A stretch of DNA of 64,000 nt. Source: Octopus sinensis (taxonomy: Eukaryota). Shown piece after piece: positions 38,611 through 51,283 of this stretch. Under the pieces are notes generated by a model that saw nothing but the letters and a program-made list of their open reading frames with translations, searched no databases and was not told the DNA's origin. Where the stretch lies: assembly GCF_006345805.1 (NCBI RefSeq), contig NC_042997.1, forward strand, positions 77,128,001 to 77,192,000, in the 5' to 3' direction. The translations under genes and the position numbers were made by a program. How positions within the stretch are numbered: position 1 is the stretch's first letter; each line of letters begins with the position of its first letter.

Positions 38611-39940
38611 CAGGATGTTTCAAAAAATTTGATATCATTTCATAATCCAATAACTTTGCCAGTTCTTGCTCAAATGACTTCAAATTTTAACAGCATGTAT
38701 AGAAGCAGATCAAAATTTTATGTTTAATGTTTGATATGTTTATCTTTTCAGATATAGAAATGGCATCCACTGGAAGAGAAAAGGCGTTTTGTGTGTTGAA
38801 GTATGTTCAAACACAGTCAAACAAGACCGTGCAGTGTGCATTTGTGAGTGAGTTCTCTAAACAGTCACCAAAGGTAATGCAGATTCAAAGAGGAAGGTTG
38901 TCTGTGCAGGGTAAAAAGATCTGGATGACCACTAACATCAGAAGAGACAGTTGAGTGGGTTCACCAAAACTCTTGCAAATCCCCAAGAACTCCATAAGAA
39001 GAACAAGTCTGGAAACCCAGATTCCTCCAATGACTGTTTGGTGCATCCTGAGGGAACGCTTGCTAAAGAAACTCTACAAGCTGCAGCTCATTCAGGCTAT
39101 AACAGCAGATGACAAGCGAAAACGCAAACAATTCTGTGTTGATATGCAAGAGAAACTTGGAGAGGCCGAGTTCAAGGATTGTCTTGTTTTCAGTGATGAG
39201 ACCATATTTCATACGAATGACAAAGTTAATAAACATAGTGTTTGCATATGGGGCGGAGAAAATCCCCATGTCACAGTTGAGCATGAGAGGAACTCACCAA
39301 AAGGGAATGTGTTCTGTGCCATCTCCAAGAAGCATCTTCATGGCCCAATTTTCTTTGAGGAAGACGTGTCTAGCGATGTTTATCTGCAAATGCTTCAGAA
39401 CTGGTAAATGGATGAGTTCATTGCAAATGAACATGAAAACTTCATTTTCCAACAAGACAGGGCTCCACCTCACTGGAAGCTCACTGTGCGAACTTATCTC
39501 AATGACAGTCTGTGAGGGAGATGGATCAGGCATGCTGGTGATGAAGACAATGTGCTGTTAAAATGGCTGCCACGTTCACCTGATCTGACACCTTGCAATT
39601 TTTTTCTCTGGGACTATGTCCCCGTTCTTCCTGCGAACCTAGAGGAACTCAAGCAGAGAATCACTGCCACACTGGAGACTGTTACCCAAGACATGCTGCA
39701 GTGTATTTGGTAGGAACTGGACTACTGACTTTATATGTGCCATGACTCACGAAGTGCACATATTGAATATTTGTAAAATCATTCATGGAATCCACATACC
39801 TTTGAATTTCTCATTCAAATTTGGAGGAATAAATCTTATGTTGCTTAACATTAAGCCTGTTTAGTTTCATTTGCTTTGACTATGCAGTTTCTGTGATATT
39901 TACATCTCAAATGATATCAATTTTTTTTTTAAACACCCTG
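38611..39940 (+). mobile_element. Near full-length (1330 bp) decayed Tc1/mariner rosa-type transposon
   Basis: TA flanks at 38609-10 and 39941-42 and TIRs of about 30 bp (caggatgtttcaaaaaatttgatatcattt). Transposase motifs FSDE, QQD and WLPRSPDLTPCNFFLW, with several stops. Confidence 0.93.
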
Positions 39941-40759
39941 TATAACTTCTATTATATGCCAATGAAGCTGGCTTTAACAGATGTTTTTCATCTGGTTAAT
40001 AACTTTGAATTATTTAATTTCTAAACAATTTTGTTTTCTTTGCTAATGAGTGTAAAGTCTTGTATATTTTCATAGTGATTCTTCAATCTTTTCTTCAGCT
40101 AGTATAATGGAAGTTATGTTGTGCTTATGAGATTAGATTATGGCAGAAACATATCCAGTCTTATCTCTCCTACTCACTGAGAAAATGAAAATATCATTCA
40201 CTAATATCATGTTTTAATGCTCCCTGGCATTGTAGATGCTAACACTAATTTATATTTATTGATTTTCGTGAAAATGGTATCTTCAGATTATTTAATTTCT
40301 AAATTATCTATTTTTGTACATCAACCAATTTTTTAGTATCCTTTCTTCTCTACTTAAACATGATGTGTTGTCTGCCATACTTGCTGGCCATATATGCTGG
40401 AAATATGAAAATAATATTAGTCATCATTGATATCTTTTTCTCCTCAATGCATTTTTACTTTGGGTTAGCATTTGTCATGCAATATGCATTGAATATCAAT
40501 ACTAATACAGCTACTGTCAAGACAAATCTACCAGTAGCTATAAAACTGAAAGCCAAGAATGAAAATACATTCCATCATGTTTTTAAGATTGAAATACATC
40601 ATCATAATCTTAACACCCACTTTTCCATGCTTGCTTGGGTAAAACCTTTCTTCTCTATTCATGACCATCTATTAAGTTATAAAGTGAGAATAGATGAATA
40701 GGGTATGTTTAAATAAAGAAAATGATGATGACAATGACTTCAATGATGGCAAAAATTTT

Positions 40760-41160
40760 GTTTCAAAATTTTGGTACAGGGCCAGTTATATTAGTGGGAA
40801 GGAACTAGTTGATTGCATCAACCCGAATGCTCAAGTGGTACTTATTTTAGATGACCCTAAAAGGATGAAAGACAAGGTTGACCTTGGCAAGATTGGAACT
40901 CAGAAGAAATGCTACATGGCATTTTTCAACACTCTAACGATTCTTTTACTTGCCACCTTTAATGGCTTCAGTTTTCAGCTCAAGGCCAGTAATTTTAGGG
41001 GGATTGTGGGTAGTTGATTACATTTCACCGAGTGACAACCAGTTATTTAATTTATTGCCTCTGAAATGATGAAAGGCAAAGTAACCTCACAGAATTTGAA
41101 CTCAGAATGCAAGAAGCCAGAAGTGCCACTTGGCATTTTATCACCACCGCTTGGAATTTT
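40760..41160 (-). mobile_element. Two degenerate MetaSINE-like copies
   Basis: aaggatgaaagacaaggttgacc and gatgaaaggcaaagtaacctcacagaatttgaactcagaa motifs. Confidence 0.7.
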
Positions 41161-42479
41161 ATCACCACAACAACATGATTATAATACTTTGCCCCTGTTG
41201 TTGTTTGTCTCTCTTTAAAAATTGATGGCTTGTTGTTTAATATTGTTTTATGATAATGATTTTGTTTTTTATTAATTGTTAACTTTACATCTATTCTTTA
41301 TATTGATATTTCCTCTTTTGCATAGACAACACTTCAGAAAATCAGTTTATTCTTCAAAACCAGAAAATACTTCAGACTATGCCAGCTGTTACTACTTTGC
41401 AAAACTCAAATGCGCCTAAAATACTGTTTACACATCTTGGGAAATAATAACTCTCTTTGCACACATTTTTAACAAAACTCTCTGAAGCCTGGTTATAGCT
41501 ACCAATATTTACAAGCTATTGGTCTATTGTCAGCTGATATATATACTTTTATTACTTCTATTGCCTCATGAAATGTTATTCTACTGCTACATATGCTTTT
41601 TCATTTCCACTCAGACTCATTTAGTAATATCATTGAACTGAATTATATCACACCTCCCAGATAACTTTGCCCAATTGTTTTCCAGAATTCTCTTCTCTGT
41701 TTAGTTTTCTTTCAGCATCAGCTCGTAACTAGACAAATTCAACATTAGCTCACTAACCTCATTTAGTTATTCCTACCTTCCACTCTTGGCCCATCTTTAA
41801 AAATAAAGGTTATTGTTACTACCACTTCTCTTTGAGGTAATGTAATTAAAAGAAAAAATAATCAATAGTTTTAGATAGGTTTAACATGCACTAGAAAAGC
41901 AGTATTTTCATTAAGACATGTAAAATCAGACAAAACCATCATAAAAATACCATTTGTATCAATGTCCATTGTTAGTTTTGTTCCAGTCTATATTCTAATA
42001 TTCCATTTAAACAATAATGTAGTATATATTGTATTTATATATAAAAATAAATTATTCCATCCTATGTAATTCTTTAAAATGTTCTTTTTTCATTTGTTAG
42101 ATTCTTTTTTCTCACAGTTTAAAAAGTGGTATTCAAAATTATACTATAAATATAGTTATGTATACATACAAAACAGAATGGCATCAGCATGGCTTTAAAC
42201 TTTCTTAAAATATGACAGTTATTGCTCTGCATTTCCCTGCCACTTTTTCTTCATCTTCATTTCTCTTTGATTAAATTTTATTGCACCTTTGTTAAACATG
42301 TGTGCATACACACACACTCACATTACATGCATATATATCACAATGTATATGTTTACATTTCTTATACTTTTCATTTCACTCTATTAGAATCCCTACTAAC
42401 ATACCCTCTTCTCTATTTATCATTTCAACGCTACCTCTCATTTTCTCGGCTTCACATTTGCATTTTTGCTCTTGCTAGG

Positions 42480-42613
<134 letters not shown>

Positions 42614-43269
42614 AAAGAACATGCAAGACAATTTATCTTTAGAATATTGGGGCTCTGAGAAGGGTCAAAGCAGAAAAGATTATTTTTTATTTTTACTATT
42701 CTCTATGTAGTTCAAAAGGTGGTAATGCTGCTACATTTTTAGATTTATTTTCTCTGATACTCTGTCCTGAAGGGAGTAAATGAGTGCACATAGCTAGACT
42801 ACACATATGTGCATGAGTGTATCATATCATGTAATAGGAATTGACAGCTGGTGTACTCTGCTATAAACGGATAAGATCAAGAGAGATTTTAATACATTTT
42901 GGTGTGTCACTATCTATAATATTTGAATAAGAAATATATATATATAAGAACTTCCTTTTAATGTCATAAAGCTATCTACATCATGTATGAAAAGTCTGAA
43001 AAGAAAGGGAAATTATTTTATGGCTTCACAACTTTAAAAAATTTTTGCTGAAAAATATTTGTAAACACTATGTTTCTGTTAATATTTTCTTATGAATATC
43101 TCAGCTAAAATTGCTGGTAATAGGAAGAATTACATATCATTTTAATGATGAATCTAAGTTAACATTTTCTCAATTCAGATTTGATTTGATATTCTCTAAA
43201 AGATAAAAATCCGTATTTCATATTAAGACATTTTCTCAGCTTTTTACTAATGATAAATTAACAATTCAT

Positions 43270-43641
43270 GTAGGAGTGGCTGTGTGGTAAGTAGCTTGCT
43301 TACCAACCACATGGTTCTGGGTTCAGTCCCACTACGTGGCACCTTGGGCAAGTCTTTTCTACTATAGCCTCGGGCCGACCAAAGCCTTGTGAGTGGATTT
43401 GGTAGACGGAAACTGAAAGAAGCTCATCATATATATGTGTATACATATATATATGTGTGTTTGTGTGACTGTGTTTGTCCCCGCAACATTGCTTGACAAC
43501 CGATGCTTGTGTGTTTACGTCCCCCGTAACTTAGCAGTTCGGCAAAAGAGACAGATAGAATAAGTCCTGGGGTCGATTTGCTCAACTAAAGGCAGTGCTC
43601 CAGCATGGCCGCAGTCAAATAACTGAAACAAGTAAAAGAGT
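43270..43641 (+). mobile_element. Well-preserved CORE-type tRNA-derived SINE
   Basis: A-box-like TGGCTGTGTGG, B-box-like GGTTCAGTCC, CORE-like gtggcaccttgggcaagt, an internal (TA/TG)n tract and a 3' segment. Confidence 0.85.
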
Positions 43642-43949
43642 AATTCACATTTTAGAAAAAATACTTTTTCCTCTTGAAATATTAAAATGCTCTTCTGTAT
43701 TGAACGAAAATTCTATTGTATTTTAAAGAAGAAAAGAAATTTTATTAATATTGTGAAAATTTATCAAATGACATTGTTTCAATTAACTTAACTTGACTTG
43801 ACTTGCTGTGAAGTTAATGAACATTAAGAATCAGAAAGCATTTTTATCACTTTTTTATGTATCCTCGCATTCTCCTCACATGTTTGCTGACTTGGTCCAA
43901 AAGCTATATAAAAAATATACATAGAGATAGTGATAATGTTTTTATAAAG

Positions 43950-44124
43950 TGAGAATTTACAAAAAAAACAAAAGACGAAGACGGGTGTATATTAGTTTAA
44001 TGCTCGGGAAGTGAGAAAGTCTTTTACGTTTTGAGCCTACGCTCTTTGACAAAAAGGAACACAGAAATAAACAGGGAGAGAAAATAGAAAAAGGTTTAGT
44101 GGCTAATGATCTATCATGGCGAAT
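43950..44124 (-). mobile_element. Second copy of the 18241 hammerhead-like short element, more degenerate
   Basis: Shares aatttaca...aaaagacgaagac.ggtgta...tattagtttaa.gctc.ggaa...gagcctacgctc with 18241-18360. Confidence 0.65.
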
Positions 44125-45783
44125 CTTTATAAACATTGATGAAAATATTTATACTTTTCATGATATATCAATATGACAATCTATTAGATGTAGGTAAACT
44201 TAGTGTTACTGTGAAGATTGTTTACATACTCATAATAGATAAAAGGTATAATTAATTCCCTCTACTGAAATATGAACTACTTTTAAACTGTTTTCCTTAT
44301 GTAATTATGAGTCAGCATAAAAGGAGTTTAAGGTTTGAAATTTAAATAATTCCTAAATAAATAAAACTGTTTTTCTAAAAATGTTATCCAAATGATTTTA
44401 AAGTAATTTCGACTGTAACAACTGAAAATTAAATTGGTAACCATTGGTAGAATAGTTAAGTGAAACAGAGCTTTGCACACTTACAGTATCATTTCAGCTG
44501 TCTGAAGATTAGCCTTTTTTCTTTTCTTTTTTTCCTCTTTCAAAACTTTTAGTCCATTTTCACCATTTCAAGATAGTGAACTTCTTTAATGATACTGTTG
44601 TTCTAATAAATTTTCTCGTGGATGCTAACATGGAATTAATCTGTTTAGGAAATAACACATATCTAATATTTATAGATAATATAAACTTTATATTCCCTGT
44701 CATTTTCTGGAATGGGTTGTTTAGTTGTGTAAAAGCAACATACAGCAAACTGTAAAATCACTGTTTATAAGGTTGTTCATAATATTTGAATGAAACACAT
44801 TTGTTATTTTGATTATAGGTTATCTGAAATTATTGTAATGCAAATGAAATGTTTGATTGTTATATTGCAGTTTTAGAATTGGTATATTGCATCCGTGTGT
44901 ATCAGAAGAGGTGACTAAATGGTTCGGCAAACATTATACCAGAAAAACCATCCAACCCATGCTGCAATGGTCTAGTCTAGCAGTGATCTGCTCATGGGCA
45001 GGTCTTGTGTGTGTAAACCTTCTTCAGCACTTTCTGCACGACATAGGAGGGTCTGTGCCCTCCCCTGCCCATAGACTTGAGATGAATACTGGAATAGTTT
45101 CCTATTACCTTCTTCAAGAGTTGGGATTTGAACTTAGAATGTAGAGAGCCAGAAGATATACTGTAAAGTATTTCTGCTGACATGCCAACAATTCTGCCAC
45201 TCTCCCTTCAACATGGTACAACAGATGTGAAACAATGATGATGAACTATGAAATTTAAAAACTGAACTGACCAATCACTTATTTTCTATGAATGCTATGA
45301 GTTATTGGCATTTTTTCTCATATAATAACAACAAAAAATGGAATTTATATTTATACAAAATCTATAATGTTAACTAAATGACTAATGACCCGTGAAAGTG
45401 GTGCCAGTATGGCTGCAGTCCAACGGCAGAAGCAATAAAGGAAAGAAAAAGGTAGTTAAAGGATTCCAAAAATTGCAGACTCTGCATGAAACAGCAGATC
45501 TCTCTTCTTGTTCATGGCAAACTAACATTCCATTTTGTGAAATGTTTAAAAAATTCATTTCCCTCTGACACGAAGGGTTAATTATTAAAATAATCACTTT
45601 TAACAAACTAGATTTTTAGTTACGAAATCCCATTTGCATTTTTTGGAGATTTATATTGTAACAAAACTCAAAAGAAAAAAATGAAAATTGTGATCTTGGT
45701 TCTGAGAATTCATGTCATTTACTCTTTATCATTTAGATATTTCACTGATATATGTTATCTTTTTTTTTAAATTTGTTTCTCAG

Positions 45784-45865
45784 GAAAAACACTACCAACC
45801 TGAAGAAGGAGCGCAAAGTTCCCGATCAACAAATTGACTTCATTCAGAAACTGAGTATTTTGTTG
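45784..45865 (+). CDS. NUP188: NUP188 internal coding exon (82 nt, G + KNTTNLKKERKVPDQQIDFIQKLSILL)
   Basis: Acceptor tttctcAG and donor GTaagt at 45866. In frame with both neighbouring exons. Corresponds positionally to recalled human SAEKVKANKDVASPLKELGLRISKFL. Confidence 0.88.
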
Positions 45866-48469
45866 GTAAGTGTGATAATTAGCTGAAACCTAAACTCAAA
45901 TTGTTTATTTTCAGAGCTGAACAGTCCACTCCTTGCATGCTTTAGAAGTTAAACTTATGGTGCTAGGTGATCATTTAGGAAACTCTAAGCAGTTTTTCAG
46001 TATGAAAAACAAATCTATTATAAAGTTAAATTTTGAAATATGTTCAGTTGTTACTTAGTTCCAGAATAAGTGAAATGTTTATTACAATTCGAAAAGCTGA
46101 TATCAAACACAATATCTTTAGATGATAAAAAGTGCTTTAGAAACAGTGTGTGAAAATTCCTGACATTAACAGCTAATATTAATCACATTTATATGACTCA
46201 CAAAAGCTTGTTTGAACCAATTTTCGAAACTCACTCTGTAATATCTCTATCTGGGATAGTATTTCCTGTGTTTAATTACAGCCTTGCAAATGTATTTTGT
46301 ACTCTTTCTTTCACTGTCAATCTCTGTTTTCACTAGCCATGCTCTTGCAGTTATTTTTCACAATTTCTTCACAAGTATATTATATATAAAGATAATCCAG
46401 ATAGCTTCTCTTTCTGTCTTTACTCCCTTGAATTGTCCTATTATTTTCACATTTCTATTTTTCTTATGTTTGTTCTCAGTTGTTTATCTTATGAAATTCA
46501 GGTGCTTTACAACAAAAAACTATGATCTTTACTGGAACATTTGATAACCAATCAGAAATGTATTCTGTCTTTATATGATATAGTTTACCACTGAAAGGGT
46601 TAGTGTTTTCAAAGAAGGTAATTAATTTGAGAAACTTCTGAAAGTGTATGACTCTATACTAGTAATGTATCAGTTACTATTTAAATGCATCTTATCTTGG
46701 GGAGTTATATTTATTTAATATAGTATATGAAATTTATTTTTAATTTTATATTCATTGTAGTGGAGCAATTTTTACTTTTTTTAACTTTCTATATGTTATT
46801 ACTCTTAATTCAATTCAAAATACATGATACCTCAGATGTCCAGAGTTATTAAGACTGAATCAATTACTCTTTATTTTGATGTTTAATTATAGCATTAGCC
46901 ATGGTTTCATTTTGAAAACATTTACCATTAATTATTGCTATTATCTCAATTCTGTTACCTGTCAAATTCTTTACAGATTGCTTAAGATGTCTATTGATAT
47001 ATTTTAAAGAATAATCTTTTTGTCAGTAGACCTACTATATATTGGTAGTAAGCAGCAAAATTTCTGACCATTTGCACAATAGAATGTAATTTTCTTAAAA
47101 TGCATTCATATATGATTTCAACTAATGCGTTATGCACTTCTACCCAATATTGCAGCAGAAAATATGAAAGTAGATTTTCCTCTAAAGCTACTTCTAATGG
47201 ATACATGTTACTTTTTAAGCCAATTCATCCATTCTTTTTGTCTCTGATTATGACTGGCTACTTCCCCATGTTCATTTGTTCAGATATCTACTTACTGTTA
47301 TTATATTCATACTTTTGAGGAGAGGAGATGAGAGGTGAGAAATTGCTTTTAACCTTTTTTGAAGTTCTTATCTTATTAACTCAGCATACTTCTAAGATTA
47401 TGGTATAATTTGCTACCATAGATGCTCCCATGTTCATTAAAATCCAAGAGTGAAACTTTTTAAAAGGTTTAACCTAAAAATTTAAACAGTTTTTATGAAT
47501 ATTGCACACTTTTACATATATGCAATGTGTGTGTGTGTGTGTGTGATGTCAAAATGCATATTCAATGTATGCTGTTAGTATTATTGTATGATTTTGTTTA
47601 TCATTGTAGCTATGTGGTTTCATTTCATTGAAAATTTTATTAAAATGCTGGAAATAAATTTCTCTAATTACCTTGAAAATGCAATATTGCACATGGTATA
47701 TCAGTTAAAAGTAACAGCACCAAAGACTAAAATATTTACTAAATGCTAGATTCCTTTTCACAAATACTTTCACTATTCTGAGTTTGAATTTTGTCATGTT
47801 GTCTTAGTTGGTCTTCTTTCTTGCAGCAGTTAAACCAGTTATATCAGATGTTGTGCTGTGGGATACTAAAAAATACATAAACCACATTGGATATGCTGTA
47901 TTTTAATCTAGTTTTTGAACGCTGCACATATTATCATACAGTTTTCAAAGATGTACTGCATTCAAATTTTCTGTCTAGCCATCTTTATGTTTTGTCGATT
48001 TGGTCATAGTTGTTGTGACTGTATGCATACATGATGTTTATTCACCTTTATGATTTTGTACCTAGTAATTGAAATTTTTTCATAGGTACAGGTGTTTGAT
48101 ATTAATGTAAATAGCAGTGTGGTAGATTTGCCAGATGTAGTTGTTAATTGTTGTTGTGGTACTCTGGGGTCTTGAATAATCAACCTCCACCCCAACTTAT
48201 TAATTTTTTAAATCTCTCCCCCCACCCCCACCTTACTAAATTTTGCTAATCTATCTCTGGTAAGCTTTTATTGTAAGCTATTCATATTGATACAACAGCT
48301 GGAGAATCTAATAATAATTTATTTTACATTAAAAACATTATGTATATGACAAAAAAAGAACATTACAAGTAATACTATATGTTATAAAATAAATAGGATA
48401 TATAAACTAAATAACTAATTCCGGTTTTAAAAAAATCAAGGGTGACAGCCTAGAAAATTTTAAATAATA

Positions 48470-48660
48470 ATTTCTCATTTAGGCACAAGGCCAACAATTT
48501 GTGGGGAGGGACAAGTGGATTAAAGCGGCCCAGTACATTACTGGTGCTTAATTATATCAACCCCGTAGAGATGAAAGGTAAAGCTAACCTCAGCAGGTTT
48601 GAACTCAGACGATAATGGGCCATAACTCTATGCTGCAAGGCACTTTGCCCAATGCCCAAT
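48470..48660 (-). mobile_element. Degenerate MetaSINE-like element
   Basis: gagatgaaaggtaaagctaacctcagcaggtttgaactcag motif. Confidence 0.65.
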
Positions 48661-49106
48661 GTAAAAACAATAATGATAATAATAATAACAAAAACAGGAT
48701 GTCACAAACAGGTGTCTTTCAACAGGCGGAGTAAACTTGAGCTGGCGTGTTAGGAATGTGCCTTAGGGCAGAGAGAAAAAAAAAATGTGTGTTGCTGTGA
48801 TGACCGCTGGACCCGAAAGGCCAGCAGTTGGTCAGTCAGTCACGTGTGAAGAGAAGAGAGAGGAAAAGACATTCGAAGCCTTCAGTCTTCAGTCTTCAGT
48901 CTTCATCCTCGCAATTTTGGCTGATTAATCTTGAGATTGCTCCAATCTGGCCAACCCCAAGGAAAATCTAAGCTAAGCGCATTAGATTCCTTGGAAGAAA
49001 GCTTCGAATGTATACAAAACAAAGACGGAAAAACGGACGATGTTACACGAATATGAATACAAAAATACGTAAAAACAATAATGATAATAATAATAACAAA
49101 AACAGG
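48661..49106. other. Unclassified structured insert (~370 bp) bounded by a perfect 38-bp direct repeat
   Basis: GTAAAAACAATAATGATAATAATAATAACAAAAACAGG occurs at 48661-48698 and 49069-49106. Several internal hairpins. Confidence 0.75.
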
Positions 49107-49464
49107 CGTCTATATGGTTCAATCCCAGTATTTATTTTTTTTATGTCTAGCACTTATTCTATTAGTCCCTTTTGTTGAACTGCTAAGTTACAGGAATGTA
49201 AACAAATTAACACTGATCATCAAGCAGTGGAGGGGAACAAACACAAGCTTACACACATGTAAATATATACATATATGATGGGCTTCTTTCAGTTTCCATC
49301 TAGCAAATTCACTCATAAGGCTTTGTTTGGCTTAGAGCAATGGTAGAAAACTCTTGCTAAGGTACCATACAGTGAGACTGAACCTAGAACCATGTGGTTA
49401 GGAAGCAAACTTCTTACCACCCAGCCATACCTGTACTTATTGAATTTTTTGTTTTATTCTTTTA

Positions 49465-50316
49465 CATGTTTCAGTCATTTGACTGCAGTCATGCTGAAAA
49501 GGTTTTAGTCAAAGAAATTGACCCCAGGACTTATTCTTTGTAAGCCTAGTACTTAAGCATAAGATCTGGTAATCAAATCTAAGTAGAGACTTCAAACTTG
49601 AAATCTTCAAAGCCACAGTCGAACCAATTCTACTCTATGGCTCAGAAACCTGGACGTTATCAAAGAAGCTTGAGAGGCAGTTGGATGGAACCTACACTCG
49701 CCTCCTTATGAGAGCTCAAAATCTCTCATGGAAGCGTCATCCAACCAAAATGCAAATATATGGGAAACTACCACCTATGTCATCTCTTGTGAAAGGTAGG
49801 AGAGTCCAGTTTGCTGGACATTGTTGTAGAGCTGAAAATGAGGCAATTTCTACTCTTCTCCTCTGGAAGCCATCTACTCGCAATACCAGAGGGTGCACAC
49901 TCTCCTACCCTGATGTAATCTCCAGGGATACAGGCATCCAGCAACAGGACCTTCGTAATGCTATGATGGATCGTGAAGTCTGGCGTAGCATGGTAAATTC
50001 CATTGTCTTGACCGCGGTCGAACAATGATGATGATGAGTACTTATTCTGTTGGTCTCTTTTGCTGAACTGCTAATTTACAGGGATGTGAGCACACCAACA
50101 CCAATTGTTAAGGGGTGGGGTGAGTAAACACAGACACAAAACACACATATACATATATATATGACAGGCTTCTTTCAGTTTCTGTCTGTCAAATCCACTC
50201 ACAAGGCTTTGGTCAGCCCAAAGTTATAGTAAAAGACATTTGCTGAATGTGTCACTCAGTGGGACTGAACCTGGAACCATGTGGTTGGGAAGCAAACTTA
50301 TTACCACACAGCCATT
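49465..50316 (-). mobile_element. CORE-type SINE interrupted by an RTE fragment
   Basis: The SINE sequence before 49555 continues after 50037; it is the reverse complement of the 43270 element. Confidence 0.8.
49556..50036 (+). mobile_element. 5'-truncated RTE-clade LINE of a second family, with (TGA)n tail and 8-bp TSD
   Basis: KATVEPILLYGSETWTLSKKLERQLDGTYTRLL...QFAGHCCR...AMMDREVWR. TSD AGTACTTA at 49548-55 and 50037-44. Confidence 0.9.
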
Positions 50317-51017
50317 TGTCATTTGAATAGTTGCAGTTTGTAATTTTTAGGGTTGTGGTTTATTTTGTAAACCAATCTCGACAGCAGTTTTACTTTTTTT
50401 TTTATCTAATTATTATTATACCTATTCTTACCATGACCATTTAGAGTAGCTGGAGCATTGCTCATGTGATGTTTTTTGACTTGGATCTATCTGGTGTCTA
50501 AAAATTGCTAATTTTTACACAGTGTCCTCATATGGCCATTAGGTTAAGAAGCTTACTTCACTATCAGTATGGTTCTCAGTTCAACCGTATTGTCTAGCAT
50601 TTTAGATAAGTATCTGCTACTATAACCTTGAATCAACTTTGTGAATGAAATTGGGTTGATAGAAACTGTAGAAGAGCTGCAGTGAATGAGTTGTGGTTTC
50701 TCTTCTTGTTACTAAACAATTAGGAAAAGGAAAATATTTATCCCCACTTAAACATGGGTGTTCTGTTCGAACAAACTCTACTGTGGTACTGTTTGTTCTG
50801 ACAGAACATTCATGTGAGGATAAATATTACCTTTCAGTATTAAAACTGCATCTGTCACCAATATATATCAGGAAAATGTTAAATATTTGTCAGTATCAGT
50901 CTGTCATTGGTTTTGATTTTTACTTTTCTCTATTCTATGATTTAGTATGAATAGCTAGATTAGGTAGTCAAAAATGCTGAAACTAATAATTGATGTCTCA
51001 TACTAAAACACAATTAT

Positions 51018-51023
<6 letters not shown>

Positions 51024-51093
<70 letters not shown>

Positions 51094-51107
51094 CTCTCCT
51101 CTCTCTC

Positions 51108-51171
<64 letters not shown>
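51024..51171. repeat. Imperfect (CT)n microsatellite about 30 bp upstream of the NUP188 acceptor at 51202
   Basis: Direct inspection. Confidence 0.98.
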
Positions 51172-51174
<3 letters not shown>

Positions 51175-51202
51175 GTTGTTTTGCTTATTCTGATTCTCTT
51201 AG

Positions 51203-51283
51203 GGTCTGGATGAAGTACAGACATATGATCTTTTTTGTTCTTTCCTCACACATGGGTACCATAATTCAGAAAAGAATTTGAAG
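51203..51283 (+). CDS. NUP188: NUP188 internal coding exon (81 nt, GLDEVQTYDLFCSFLTHGYHNSEKNLK)
   Basis: Acceptor ctcttAG and donor GTaaga at 51284, phase 0/0. Matches recalled human GLDEEQSVQLLQCYLQEDYRGTRDSVK. Confidence 0.92.

Noticed and set aside
43270-43345. tRNA gene
   Set aside because: A/B-box-like motifs are present but there is no cloverleaf; it is the head of a SINE.
48799-48834. CTGG-ACCC-GAAA-GGCC-AGCAG resembling SRP RNA helix 8, and GTGATGA as a C/D snoRNA box C
   Set aside because: The spacing and the conserved CAGG do not fit helix 8. There is no properly placed box D with a terminal stem.
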